Shown here piece after piece: positions 22,621-37,507 of a stretch of 64,000 bases of DNA. The DNA is taken from contig OU015567.1 of NCBI GenBank assembly GCA_907165135.1, positions 14,942,001 to 15,006,000 of the forward strand. Reading direction: 5' to 3'. The position numbers and the translations under genes were made by a program. The notes under the pieces were generated by a model. That model was not told the DNA's origin and searched no databases. It saw only the letters and a list, made by a program, of their open reading frames with translations. How positions within the stretch are numbered: position 1 is the stretch's first letter; every line of letters starts with the position of its first letter. The DNA is from Oikopleura dioica (lineage: Eukaryota > Animalia > Chordata).

Positions 22621-22849
22621 AAAATAGAAGGTTCTCATTTCAACGCGCAAATACCTCTTGGAAATCGCCATTTTTTCGAATTTCGTATTCGTCAAAAGGG
22701 TCCCTTTTTAACGGATTTTCTAGCCTCAGACTTGTTTCGTGTTAACAAGGGAGAAAATCCGTTAAAACGCGGACCTTTTTGACGATTATTTTATCCGTTA
22801 AAAAGGTAAGATACCGTACTTGCGCGTCAAAATGGGGGCCTTATTTTTC
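22621..22849. mobile_element. Palindromic element family D (TTTTAACGGATT motif)
   Basis: Imperfect terminal inverted repeat plus inner CGTCAAAAGGGTCC..TTAACGGATTTTCT / AGAAAATCCGTTAAAA..GGACCTTTTTGACG; same motif recurs at ~23865-24020. Confidence 0.65.
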
Positions 22850-22913
22850 TTTTGAGACTTTTTTGGATTTGAAATTGACAAGAAGAATTGATGTCTTGTC
22901 TTTTCAATCATAC

Positions 22914-23750
22914 TCAAGGAGCAAGTGCAAATACTTTGTCTCTTTCTTTTGAATATTTGATTAGCTGGCTCTTATTCCGACATACGTGCCGATATTCATG
23001 AATTCTAGTACTTATTTCACCTCGTTTCAGTGGCGCGAAGTGATGTGACGGGCCACTGAGAAAGTGTGAAAAGGTCTCTTCGCTCGCGCAGTCTGAGCTG
23101 AACTTGGGAACAAAGAGGAGAGACAAATATGATTAAAAAGGCAACTTGATTAAAAAACACTGGGCCAAATCAGAGAAAGAAACGAAGGAAAAGAAGCAGA
23201 CACCTGCCAAGAGATGAAGAGGATTAGGAGAAGGCGCGGGCCCCCTCAAATATGCTGACTGTAATTTAATAGACGGATAAACTGGGGATAGAACTCCTGT
23301 AACTGTAAATAGGAGATAAGAGAGCCCGCGAAAGGCTTTCTGCCAGCTTTTCGCGAAGAAATTCGATGATTGCCATTTCCGAAAAATACGATGGAGAGGA
23401 TTTGCAAGGTTAGTTACTGTAACTCTCGGGAACCTATGAACTCGGTTATGGACAATGCAATAATTCGCTAATGGAAAGTTTTCTGTTTCGATTATATTGA
23501 GAATATTTTGTAAAATTACTGAGTCAGAAATTTCGATCGTAAAATGGTCTTTTTGTCTGAGGGCGTAGAGAATGCTTAATCGTCGTTTGCTTTTTGTCCT
23601 TATTAATGAGGATTGACCTACTTTTTTGTACCGAGAATCAATTATTAATTTTACAATTTGCGAATTCCAATAGTACGTACAATATTGCAAACGGCTGATA
23701 AAAATAAAGAGAGAGAAAAGGAGGATGGGCTTTTTGAAGTTGAGTGTCAT
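22914..23750 (-). CDS. Hypothetical protein with N-terminal signal/anchor
   Basis: 205-aa ORF starting MTLNFKKPILLFSLFIFISRLQYC plus adjacent ORF 22914-23126; no homology recognised. Confidence 0.35.
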
Positions 23751-23782
23751 TCTAGGTACGTTTTATTTGTTTTAAAAAGAGG

Positions 23783-24020
23783 GGGTTAGGGTTAGGCTCA
23801 GGTTAAAGGTCAAGGTCAGGGTTAGGGTTAGGGTACCTTTCATAGATCGGCGATCTAAGATCGCCATTTTAACGGATTGAATACTCCTCAAGAGGGTCCT
23901 CATTTTAACGGATTCTCTGAAATATTGTTAGATAATAAATCTGGAGCTAGAAAATCCGATAATTTGAGTACCCGCCTGAGGAATATAACATCTGTTAAAA
24001 TGGTGATCCCATTGAAAAAA
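23783..24020. repeat. GGTTAG tract plus family D motifs
   Basis: Degenerate (TTAGGG)n at 23785-23833 ending GGTACC, followed by TTTTAACGGATT repeats and the inverse CTGTTAAAATGG. Confidence 0.6.
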
Positions 24021-24652
24021 GGAGTGATACATTTATTACTTTCCTCCTTGATTGCATTTCGCTGATAAAGTCGAAAGTGACAAAAGAATAATTCAGAAGA
24101 TGACAGCGATGAAGATATTCCCAATCGAACTCATCCAGGAAAAGCATATGGAAATACGAAACAATTCAAATTATATCGGTAAAGCCAAAAAGGCATTTTG
24201 ACTTTATCGTCTTATGTTTGATTTAACCCCCGACCCAAGCGGGGAATTATACGATTTGCGGGTCTAAATAATGAATGCAATGCACATTGAATATGCCTGT
24301 ATCAGTTCAAATGCGGCAACGACCAGCGCGGCGGGCAGGAGATGCTGTAAGTAGCCTGAGCGGGATAATATACTGAATGAGTAGATAACTATATAACACC
24401 CTTTGAATAAAGTCGATGGAGTATCGACTCTCTCTTTACTAGTCTGCACATAGAAAAGTAGAAAGTAGAAAATCAAAATGGCACGGCGCGTTTTAATACA
24501 GAGAAAACGGGAGAGCGTTTTGAAGCAGCAAGAGCTGCTGATTGAAAACGAGATTGATGAAGAAATGCCTGATGGATTAGAAGCGCCGGTAATAATTATT
24601 TTATCCCCTAAGCGGTAATTTTACATCCCTAATATAGCCTTTCTACTAGGCC

Positions 24653-24914
24653 GTAACTTAGGGTACCTCAGGGTTAGGGTTAGGGTTAGGGTTAAGGTTT
24701 TTTGTAGCCTTTCTGCTGATATCTTGGATTTAATAGCATCCTGTGTAGAAACCTGAGTCAGGGTCCTCCAGAACATCATAGATAGATTAAGGTAAATCTC
24801 TTTGGTGATCCTGACTCAGGTTTCTACACAGGATGCTATTGAACCCACGATATCAGCAAAAAAGCTTCAAAAAGCCTTAACCCTAACCCTAACCTTAACC
24901 CTAAGGTACCTTAA
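24653..24914. mobile_element. Foldback element: family A core wrapped by inverted telomere-type repeats
   Basis: ACTTAGGGTACC-(AGGGTT)4..GATATC..ATAGCATCCTGTGTAGAAACCTGAGTCAGG / mirror image ending (TAACCC)4-GGTACCTTAAGT. Confidence 0.85.
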
Positions 24915-26639
24915 GTTTCATTCATTTGTTTAATATGGAGTCGAAAAAAACAGTGCTCAATTATTCTGTTACGTAATCGCGGTGTGTACTAACAGGGGCG
25001 ACATTGACTGCTGCTTCTGGGGGTTGTTTGAACTGTCCCGTTGGAACACGTTTTTGGTTTTGTGGCAATTAAGAGATCAGTTGGGCACTAGATGGCGTTA
25101 GTGAGGTGGCCATCTCGTCAAATATTAATCTTCTTCATGTCGTCTTCTGAGCATAAACGGCGCGTTAGTTGCCCGGCTGGACGAAGTAGCGCAGTTTTGC
25201 ACCTGAGATTTACAGTGCATTACAAACAGTTTGAACTGTCGTTTCGTCCATTTCGTGCCATGCGCCGCTTCTCTTCTAGCCACTGCTGAAAGAAGCGCAG
25301 TAAAGATTCAAATCGATTGACAAAAAAACACAGAGAATTACTTCTCCACTTGGGAAACAAGCAAAACCAAATATTACAAATACTAAAAAGAGATAAAAAA
25401 AAAAGAGAGGAGGTCCAACGCGAAGACTTTGAATGGGAACATAGACGACGAAAAGAAATAAAGAAAAACGGAAACAAAAATGTTTAAGGAATCGTTGAAG
25501 TAGAGAAAACCAAGGGAATTAATGACAAAAAATAGGCTTGAATTTGATGATTTCTCACTCTTTTTTCCTAGGAATCGGGTCGATAGTTCATTTTTGAATT
25601 CTCCTTGAGAGGGAAGCTTAATTAAATATTAGTTTAATATCTTCAAATTTGCCGATTTCGTCACTTCTTTTTTTTTCAATAAAAACAAACAATTCTTCTT
25701 CAAAAATACTTATGTTACATCAGTCAATTCTAATTTCAATTGAAATTTCTTACAAAAAAAAGAAAATGAACTCAAGATTGATCCGCTTCGGAAGTGGTCT
25801 TTTACCAGCGGTCATAAGAATATAAGAGAGTCCGATAAATATAACCCAGAGTGCGATATTTCAATATTTAACTTCCTGAATCTGACCGCAAGATTCTGCT
25901 CAAAGGCCAAATTTCTTGCTCAGCATTTTTTCGGCGTACTCGAGGTGCTCAACCATCAAACGAGTTTACGTTATTTACGCGCAGCAGCGTAAAACCGCTT
26001 TTGATTTTGATCTCCATCTGCGTCAAAGCTTCTTTTGTGTGCCCAAACCCTCGTCATTTTTGAGCGGGCAATGAACTCGATAATGAGACGTAATAATGAG
26101 GCTTGTATTTCTCTGCCAAATGCGTTTCATTCGACATTTGCCACTTCCTCATCGCCAGATTTGAACGTAATTATGACAGCTTTAAAGCAAGTCAATTTGT
26201 CCTTGTCTCATGACTGTAGTTGATTGAGCCTGTGGGAATGCTCTGTCGCCTCAGGTGCGAGAAGGTACAAGCAAAACTTTCATCTCGATTAATGAATAAA
26301 CGCCAAGGCTAATATTTATTTGTGGCGCCGTAAATCCGAAACTGCATTACGATTTACAGTTTCACGCTCTGACAGTTTACGTCTAAACATTATTCACCCG
26401 CAAACACGTTCTGCTTTAGTTTTCTTTTTCGCGTTTTATTAGCATGCGACTTTGAGCATCTCTTCTCAATCATGGTCACTACAAGAGACAAAATCTATCG
26501 AAGCAAGAGTATTTCCAATTCGCCGAATTCTTTCGCCAGAGCTGGATTTATTCCTCGGGGAGAGTTCAAAAATTATTTTCTGAAATAATCCATTTAATCA
26601 ATTAATAAAATAGCTTCCACATATTAGCGGGCTAATAAT

Positions 26640-26923
26640 CTGGGCTCGGCAACATGTGTAGAAAGCCTGAGTCAGGGTCTAAAAGAACTGAAATGAAAAG
26701 CCGCGCAGCGGCTTTTAAGAACGAAGCCGCGAAGCGGCTTCGCTAGAATTTTGATAGGTTGCAACGATAATATTAGCAAAGCCGCTTCGTAAACCTATCG
26801 TTGCAACCTATCAAAATTCTAGCGAAGCCGCTTCGCGGCTTCGTTCTTAAGCCGCTGCGCGGCTTTTCATTTCAGTTCTTTAAGACCCTGACTCAGGCTT
26901 TCTACTCAGGTTGCCGAGCCTAG
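26640..26923. mobile_element. MITE family A copy, near-perfect 284-bp hairpin
   Basis: Perfect TSD CTAATAAT (26632-26639 / 26924-26931); ~130-bp arms nearly identical, ~26-nt loop. Confidence 0.95.
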
Positions 26924-27182
26924 CTAATAATTTCTTGAGGTCTATTTTGACGAATTCAATATTCCACTCAGAAATACCAGAAATATTTGTTAATTAAATT
27001 GGGGGCCCCTAATGTATTTGATAAAAAGCAATAATATCCTGATAGCGATCATAAAGCAGGCAATTACTTTCTCCTCAAGAGAAAGAGGAGTCTGAAAACT
27101 AATTAAAAAGGTTATCGTTATAACCGAGTTATCGCCTCATAGTTGAATTTTACATCTTCTGAGTGTGACAAAATTGAAGAAA

Positions 27183-29843
<2,661 letters not shown>

Positions 29844-31797
29844 TTTACAATTGTTCTGTTCTTCCGTTTCTATGTCTATTTGAAAATATACAAATCCGAA
29901 AACACTTAAACACCAGCTGACCTTTATTCTTCGAATCAATGAGAGTGTCTTAAAAAGTAGCAGATTTAGAAATATAAAACTCTATGAATATCCTCTTATG
30001 GTTACGGTAGTTGACTTAAAGCCGATAATGAGACAACCACGAGAAAAATCAATCTGGGCTGAGTATATTTCAATTTCAGTGCTTCTATAAAATAGATAAT
30101 ATGGTTGAAACCTGCCACTTTCAAACCTGTGTCTGCACTTATCGCGAGCAGAAGGAACGAAGGAGTGTGTTTTTATAAAGAGACAGTACCGTAAAAACCG
30201 AAGAGAAAGGGTTTGAACGTATTTCTATTGATCAAAAAATCCCTGTCTTTTTTTATAATGGAGAAATCAATTTCGTTATTACCGCAATAATTAAAGCTAA
30301 AAGCTTATTAAAAAGTCTGCAATGTTAGCCTTTCAATTTAATTTTGGAGAAAAATTGTTTAATGGTAGATCAAGAGAAAACCTCATATTAAAAAATAAGT
30401 TTCTGAAGGCATAAAAATTTTATCTGAAAGCTACTGACAAAAAGGTAAACAACTTTGACAAAGGAGACATCCCTTATCTGTCGAGATTTAGACAGGGAGA
30501 AGTCTTACCGTCAGTGAAGGTCTGCCTAGTTTTGAAAAAATATAAGACCGTTTCAATTTTGTTATGAAACTGTATTTAAAATGTTCCAAGCGTAATAGTG
30601 TCGTCGGACTATAAAATTGGTTCCGTGGCGGTCTGAAAAAGACAGCACGATGCTCTAGCGTTAATATTTAAATTTGAATCTGCGAGCGACATGGGTTCCC
30701 CATCCATGATGAGTCCCAACATTTGCACAATCAAGGAAAACTATCAGAACACTATTTAGAGCAGAAATCTTGAACATACGACGACACGTGACAGAGATTC
30801 ATTTCTAATGGACGGCTTTCTGGATATTTTCAAAAAAGTAGAGACAGACAAAGAATACAGTAATTGGTTCTTTCTGGTTCTATGGGTAAGTTCTTGTTTT
30901 TCATTTACATGCGACAAATTGATCGCTCTTCTTGTATTCTTCTTTTCAAAGAGCTATTTTCACTCATTTCTAGTGCGGTCAAAAATTTTACTCCAAGAAT
31001 TTTATGACAGAAAATTTTAAAAACATAAATAGTGAAGTGAACAAAGCTTCGAAAATCGTCAAGTAAAATGAGGTAGATAAGTCGACTTTTAAACAAAATA
31101 ATGAAATAGTCTGGAAGTCAGTCGGATAAATGACAAGAACCACATATCCAAACTAAGAGAGCCCTTGGGTACTACAGAGTGCTCTCAAAGTAGAACATTC
31201 CAAATCCAAGAGAAGTTTCCTCATGAACCGTTTCCAAAAACAAGCACCTAATGTCTTATTCTTGATTGAAACAGCGATGTATTTTCAGTTCGCTGTAATG
31301 ATGACAGTAATAACGGTCTGTTTCTGGCGTATTTGTTGCTTTGTGCTTATCCTGACACCACCACCGACCGCTTATCCTTCTCCGGAAATCATTGCCCCGC
31401 CAAGACATCACTCACTTCCCGCTCGGTTTTCTTCAAAGAGAAACAAGTGGACCTCCGATTCAAGAAGAATATCAATCGTGTAACTTGTATCTACTGTTCA
31501 ACTTTCTGCACTCAACATTCCTCTACATTCTTGTTAGAAAAAATACACACTTCAATGCGAGTTAAATTTGACCATGTTTCCGTTATTTATTAAATATTGA
31601 ACTCAAACGATATCTTTTTAGTTGAACAGTCGATAAACGGTCACTTGAGTACCTGTAACGCCGGACAGACAGAGATATAATGTCACATATTTAGTAAATA
31701 TTAATAGGGAGAGGGAGGAAGATTTAGTACATTATACAGTAATCTAGATGTATATTCGAGTGCTTCTCGAGACGCAAAGTGTCGATTTCGCGGTAAA

Positions 31798-34253
31798 CTA
31801 AGAGCTCACTGAAATATTACCGAGGTTGATAGATTGCATGCAAATTTGCGTTAACGCGTCCCCTTCAATCAGATATTCAGGACATGGGTTGTACGCATCG
31901 AAAGTTGTTGGCAAACCACCGAATAATAGAATAGCCACGGAAGACAAGAACGCGCCGATCAGGGACAGCGGAAGGCCAACCTTGACCATGTCCAGCATTG
32001 ACAGATATCCTAAGAATAAAATATGACTCTCATTTAGCTCGCTGTTTTGTTTACCATATTCAAAGACAACAGCGTTCGGAGGAGTCGAGACGGGCAGCGA
32101 GAAAGCAAAAGAGACAGCGGCCGTGCTTGGAATCAAAATAAACATCGGATTGATGTTCAGATTCTCGGCCATGTCGCAGAGGATCGACGCGAAGATGGTC
32201 ATGGTCGATGAGTTGGAGGTCACTTGAGACATGAGGTTAATCGTCAGGCAACAAACGAGCACCATCAGATAGGATGGAAGACCCTTCAGCGCTTGCATTT
32301 TTAACCCAACAAATTTGCCAAGTCCTACAGTATTAGTATTAAAACTAAGTATTCGAGGGTGAGAATAACCTGAGGAAGTGATCCCAGAGGCCATGGCGAA
32401 ACCGCCGCCGAGGAGAAAAATAACTCCCCAGGACATTTTCGAAGCCATTTGCTTCCAAGTGACGAGCGGTTTTGAGATTATGAATTTGCCATTTTCGTCG
32501 CGTTGGAAAGGTTTTTCAGCGGGCAGCAAGAAGAGCAAGAATGCGACGAAAAGGGCCGCGGAAGCGTCGCTTGGATAGCCAGATTTGAAAAATTGGGACC
32601 AGCCAGTTCCAGGTCCACCAGGCGCACGAGTTAGCCAAAGAGTTAGGAGCAAGAAGAAGCATTTGATGATCATTTTTTCGGCAAAGGTGACCTCTCCAAG
32701 CGCAGCATATTGGTCCTTGATAATTTTCGACGTCTCCCTTGCTTGTTTTTCTTGATCGACCTTGTGCGACTCTGAAAGATCGGGCTTATGACCTTTTCAA
32801 AGTGTTTTTGAAATACCGCTGTCTCGCAAAAAGACAAAGACAAGGACCACCCAGGTAATAATCGTCATAAGAACAGATAAGGGAGTGGCGAACGAGGCCC
32901 AATTGACGAAGTTGACAGAAAATTTGTAACGCTCGTCTGCTGCCTGCGCGGCGATAAGGTTGGGACCAGTGCCAGTCAGCATTCCAACCCCGCCAATTGA
33001 TGCGCAGTAAGCGATTCCGAGCATAAGGGCCTTGCACAATCCTTGAAAATTCATCTTAATTTTGAGTACTGAACACAATTCTTACCTAGAAGCATTCGCT
33101 TTTTAATTACTGTCTCTTCTGTGCCACTTGGTACAATCTTCGCTTTCTCCTGGATCAAATTTGAGGTTTCACCTTGATCCGAGGGTTCTTTTGAGGAATC
33201 ATCTTCAATCGCATCTTCTAACTGGTCGAGAACAGCTTGAAATTAAAATTTGAGCCCTTTTTAATGGAACATCGAAACTCTTGAATATTCACAAATTCTA
33301 TCTCAAAGTTGATTCAAACCGCTTATCCTTTGCAAATTTAATTTGATTGGCGCCTTTTTGATTGAACTGCTCGGTTTCATACCTTTTGCGATCGGCACCA
33401 TCATCGCGGTCGTGGCGACATTTGACATCCACATGGAAATGAAGCTCGTTGTCGCCATGAAACCGGCGAGGAGGTAAGATGGCTTGCTTCCAACTTTCGT
33501 AAGAACCCATAACGCAATTCGTTTGTGAAGATTCCAGACTAAAGATAAACATTCATAATCAAAAGAGTAAATCTAGCTAGCAACCTTCGATAGATATAGC
33601 AAGAGTGAGGCCTCCCAGAAAGAGCACAATGACATCCTTAAAATACGAAGCGCAGATTTTTTTCGCAGGGACGATCCCAAGGAGTGGGTAAGCAAAAAGC
33701 GGAATCAAGGCGGTAGCACTGAGGGGAGCTGCTTCGAAGCACCAAAAAACAACCATGACGGCGACGACATACGCGCACTGAAAGTTCAAGTTGACGCCAG
33801 AGAAAACAAGGGCCGGTCAATTAGACTCAATTGTCAAATTGAAATACCTTGAACATAACGGGCTGCGGAGGAATGTCCACCCCATTGTTGTTGGCGTCAC
33901 CAAACACGGAGGAACAAGCTTCCTGTCCGAACAGCTCACAATAGAGTTCTTCTCCCAGCGCGTCTTTTTCATTTGCGAATAGTAAGGGCATAAACAGAAG
34001 TGGTGCTTTTTGGAGGCTTTATTTTTGGCAAAAGATTCTAGGGTTGTTAATTGAATTATGAAGAAACCGGGAATATAATATTTTAAAAGCTTTAATATTC
34101 ATTTCTACCGATGAGATCGGGTTCAATTATGAATTATAATCATCATCTTGGTATTATCTCTACTGGGTTGTGGACACCACTTGAATCGATAAAAGCCTTT
34201 CCTAGTAAAACCACGAGACTGCTTTTGTAGGCGAGGAGGAATTCCTTGATCAT
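31798..34253 (-). CDS. SLC13A: SLC13 family Na+/dicarboxylate or Na+/sulfate cotransporter
   Basis: [17 protein letters not shown]|APLLFMPLL; [26 protein letters not shown]; [28 protein letters not shown]; [18 protein letters not shown]; [14 protein letters not shown]; [17 protein letters not shown]. Confidence 0.93.
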
Positions 34254-35182
34254 GATTCTCCTTCTCGATTTGATGGCTATTTGTAATTGTATTTCTCTGA
34301 TTTGCCTTTGGTTCTGGCTTGATTTCGTTTGGCGGCTGATACTAATAAATTAATCTTTCGAGGAAAAAAGGGGGCAAGATATTTTAAATCGTGACGGGTC
34401 GGGTTTGAACTCCCTGGGGAACTGATCACTCGGCTTTTCCCGAACAAAACAAAAGCGCGTAGTATTCTGTAGTATTCTGACTCACAGGAGCTAAAGAACG
34501 AGAACGAGCGACATCACTCGACCAGATCTGACGCAATTTTGCGACGAGGAAAAAGAAAACGTCGCATGTTCTAACTGTGACGATTTTCAAAGGATGTTTC
34601 GAAAGGGATCTCTTTGGGAATGTACTGTACCTTGACTGAATCTGTAGTCGTAAATTCCAAGGCTGAAGTAACTTGAACTCTCTCTTTTTATATTGAGCAG
34701 GCACTTGACCTGCGCTGATTAATGTCTAATTGTCAGAATACACAATAATGTATCCTCGACAAACTATTTTTTATGATAAGCTGGTTCAAACTGGCCCCAA
34801 ATGCAATTTCAAAACGTGAATTTTTGATTTTAATGAATAAAAAATTTATTTTTTTTTCATGTGTGGCAGATTTAAAGATGTACCGCTACAGATACAAAAT
34901 AAGGAGATAAACATGTGTCAGTAATGAAATATCTGTAATTATCCATCCGTGGGAGAGTGTCGCAAATATTCAGGGTGGGTTCTTTCTTTCGAAAAATGAT
35001 CTCGATGATTTCAGTAGCGTGGAGGAGCTTTAGACTTTCACGGTGAAGGTCACCGATTTCGAGTCTAATTGTAGGGTCACAACAGTATTCTAGCACTGCT
35101 GATTCAAGAATTAGAGTGGTCTAAAAGGGAGGACTCTCGGGAGGATAATATTTTCTGGGCTGTGGACTCCCTCTCCTTCTCC

Positions 35183-37014
35183 CTACCCAAAGATTGCCCC
35201 TACCCTAGATCGTGCAGGTTTTTTGTGACCCTTTCCTTCAGAGGCGACTCCAGTAATAGCAGGCAACAAAATCGAGGGGTGAATCTCACCGACTAATTCC
35301 TGTCGAACACGGGGCTTCTTCGTCGGGTACTCGTTTCTCCACTGATAGGGCAACTTTCGCGGAAGCTCCATTATACGGTACGGGCTCACTGAGATTCTGG
35401 ATTACGGAAGAATAGGAAGAATGATCTCTTACCGCTTATTTTCTCTCCGTCCAGTTCCCGGCCATTGTATTTGGTAATTGCGGCCATCGCTGCTGCTCGT
35501 TTCACAAACGTCACAATCGCTTCTCCACTGGTCTGGAGTCGCGCGTCTCGCACAGCTCCGATTGCGCAGAAGAGATCGACTAAATCCGATTCCGAGACAG
35601 ACGAGTTCAGATTCTCCACTTGCAGTCGGTATCTATCAAATCAACTTTTACATTCTAGCACTAAAAATCACGATTTACCCTTCAATCGGCGAATGGGAAT
35701 CTTCATCAGAGTCATGTTCGTCCTTCGCCGCAGATTTCCCCCGCTCTCCTGGCCGTCGAATAGGCACAAATGCCTCTTCCTCCTCGCTTTCTACAATTTG
35801 AAATATAGCCTGCATCAATTTCCAATTGAAAATACCTTCTTTGGTCGTTTTCTCCTTTCTGCTTCGCTTTTTGGGCGAAGGTTCGGCGTCCGAAGAATCC
35901 GAATCCATCTCAGCGACTTTCTTTCGACTCGCTCTCTTTCTCGATTCTAGCGCTGATCGTGCTTTCTTCTTCGTCTCCAAAACATCTAAGAAAACAGCTC
36001 AAAACGGGGAAACTACAGTTATGGCACACCATTCAAAGCACTCTTGTACAAGGCACGGTCTTCCTTCTTCTTTGCGGAGATCTTTCGCTTCGGCCGTTCG
36101 ATTTCTTCAGATTCAGAAGAGTCCGAATCAGAAGAATTGCGATTTGGCACAGTTCGTTTCAGGCTACCCCATTTTCTGTTTCCCTAAAAGGCAAATTTAG
36201 CGGAGATTCACTCGTTGTTTAATTGGGCAAATAAACCTGTGTAGAAAACCTGAGTCAGGGTCCTGAAAGAGCTCAGCTAAAAAGCCCCGTAGCAGCTTTT
36301 TTAACGAAGCCGCTTCGCGGCTTTCTAATTGAGAATCAACTAAAGATCTTTCAGGACCCTGAGTCAGGTTTCTATACAGGTTACCGAGCCCAGGTTAGTT
36401 TGAAAGCTTACAGATGACACATTGTCATTGGAAATTCTTCTTTTGAGAGAAACATTGTTGAGGTCGATTCCGAGGAGGCCGCTGGAATCGTTCTTCACCG
36501 ACAGTTTGAAATTTTCCAAGTTCGACTTGGAGAAAACAGCATTTTCTAAAAAAACAAATCAATTTTAAATCTTTGAAAAGCCGGTACTTTTCCGTGCTGG
36601 AGGATCGATCTCGTCACATCGCATTCCACCGGTGGAAACTCGGCGACCAGATGATCCGCTTCCAAGGCGGCTTTTCAAATCTCCACTGCTCGAGTTGTTT
36701 CTTTTTACCACTTGGACGATGCTGCCGGATTTGAGGCTCAATTGGGTTGGGTTCTTTTTAGTTCTGAAAAAATATTGTTTTGAAAAGTCTTTTGGCAATG
36801 AAACGTACATTTGTGTTTTGGAAACACGAGAAGTTGGTGTTGTTTTTCCTCCACCAAGATAGCCATTGATGAAATTGGCACCGAAAGCGCCTCCCGCCGG
36901 GCGAGAAGAAGGCTTAGTCGAGACGGATCTGTCGGATTCTGGAGCACGATCGTCGTGTTCCGAGGAGCGGTTGTTTTTCACGACTCCGCCGAGGCGAGAT
37001 TTTACTGAGACCAT
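35183..37014 (-). CDS. POLDIP3: Polymerase delta-interacting protein 3 / SKAR-like RRM protein
   Basis: RRM ENLNSSVSESDLVDLFCAIGAVRDARLQTSGEAIVTFVKRAAAMAAITKYNGRELDG; KSRLG repeats in the N-terminus; C-terminal EIHPSILLPAI resembles the POLDIP3 tail. Confidence 0.75.
36223..36393. mobile_element. MITE family A copy in a POLDIP3 intron
   Basis: AACCTGTGTAGAAAACCTGAGTCAGGG ... ACAGGTTACCGAGCCCAG. Confidence 0.9.
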
Positions 37015-37507
37015 TTCGATTTTCGATCAATCTTGAATGGACAATCGTTATTTTTCAATTTTCAAACGAGGATGGCACCAAAGAATTCGAATTCGACTCG
37101 GATTCGCGAAAGTGGCTATCTAGAAATATTAGAGGAGAAATTTACATAAAGCTCTCAAATGAACGAAGAAAATAGAAGAAGACGGAAGAAGGAATTTCTT
37201 GAACTTGAAAATTTAAATTCTCTGCGAAAAGGCGTTTACAGAAAATTGCTGGACAACTCATTCTTTACCAGCGCGCTTATTGGCCCGCAGCCTGAAGCGC
37301 TTCTTTTTGAATTTACTGCTCTTCAAAAGTGGGCCTCTCGGATTTCGCAAATTTACGCTCCTTTCATCATGGCGATTATTTCCAAGATTATCCCATTAGC
37401 ATACGAGGAGAATATTTTCAGACTAAATAAATCAATCCGATTGTGACTGGAGAATCTCAACTGGGAAAAGAACATCGATTAGAGTGCATTCGTTACAGTA
37501 ATCTATT

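Noticed and set aside
23785-24905. TTAGGG tracts as a chromosome end or fusion site
   Set aside because: The tracts are only 3-6 degenerate units, recur at several interstitial positions, and are tied to repeat elements
37159-37446. 95-aa + strand ORF between POLDIP3 and the kinase
   Set aside because: No homology, splice or promoter support beyond the ORF itself
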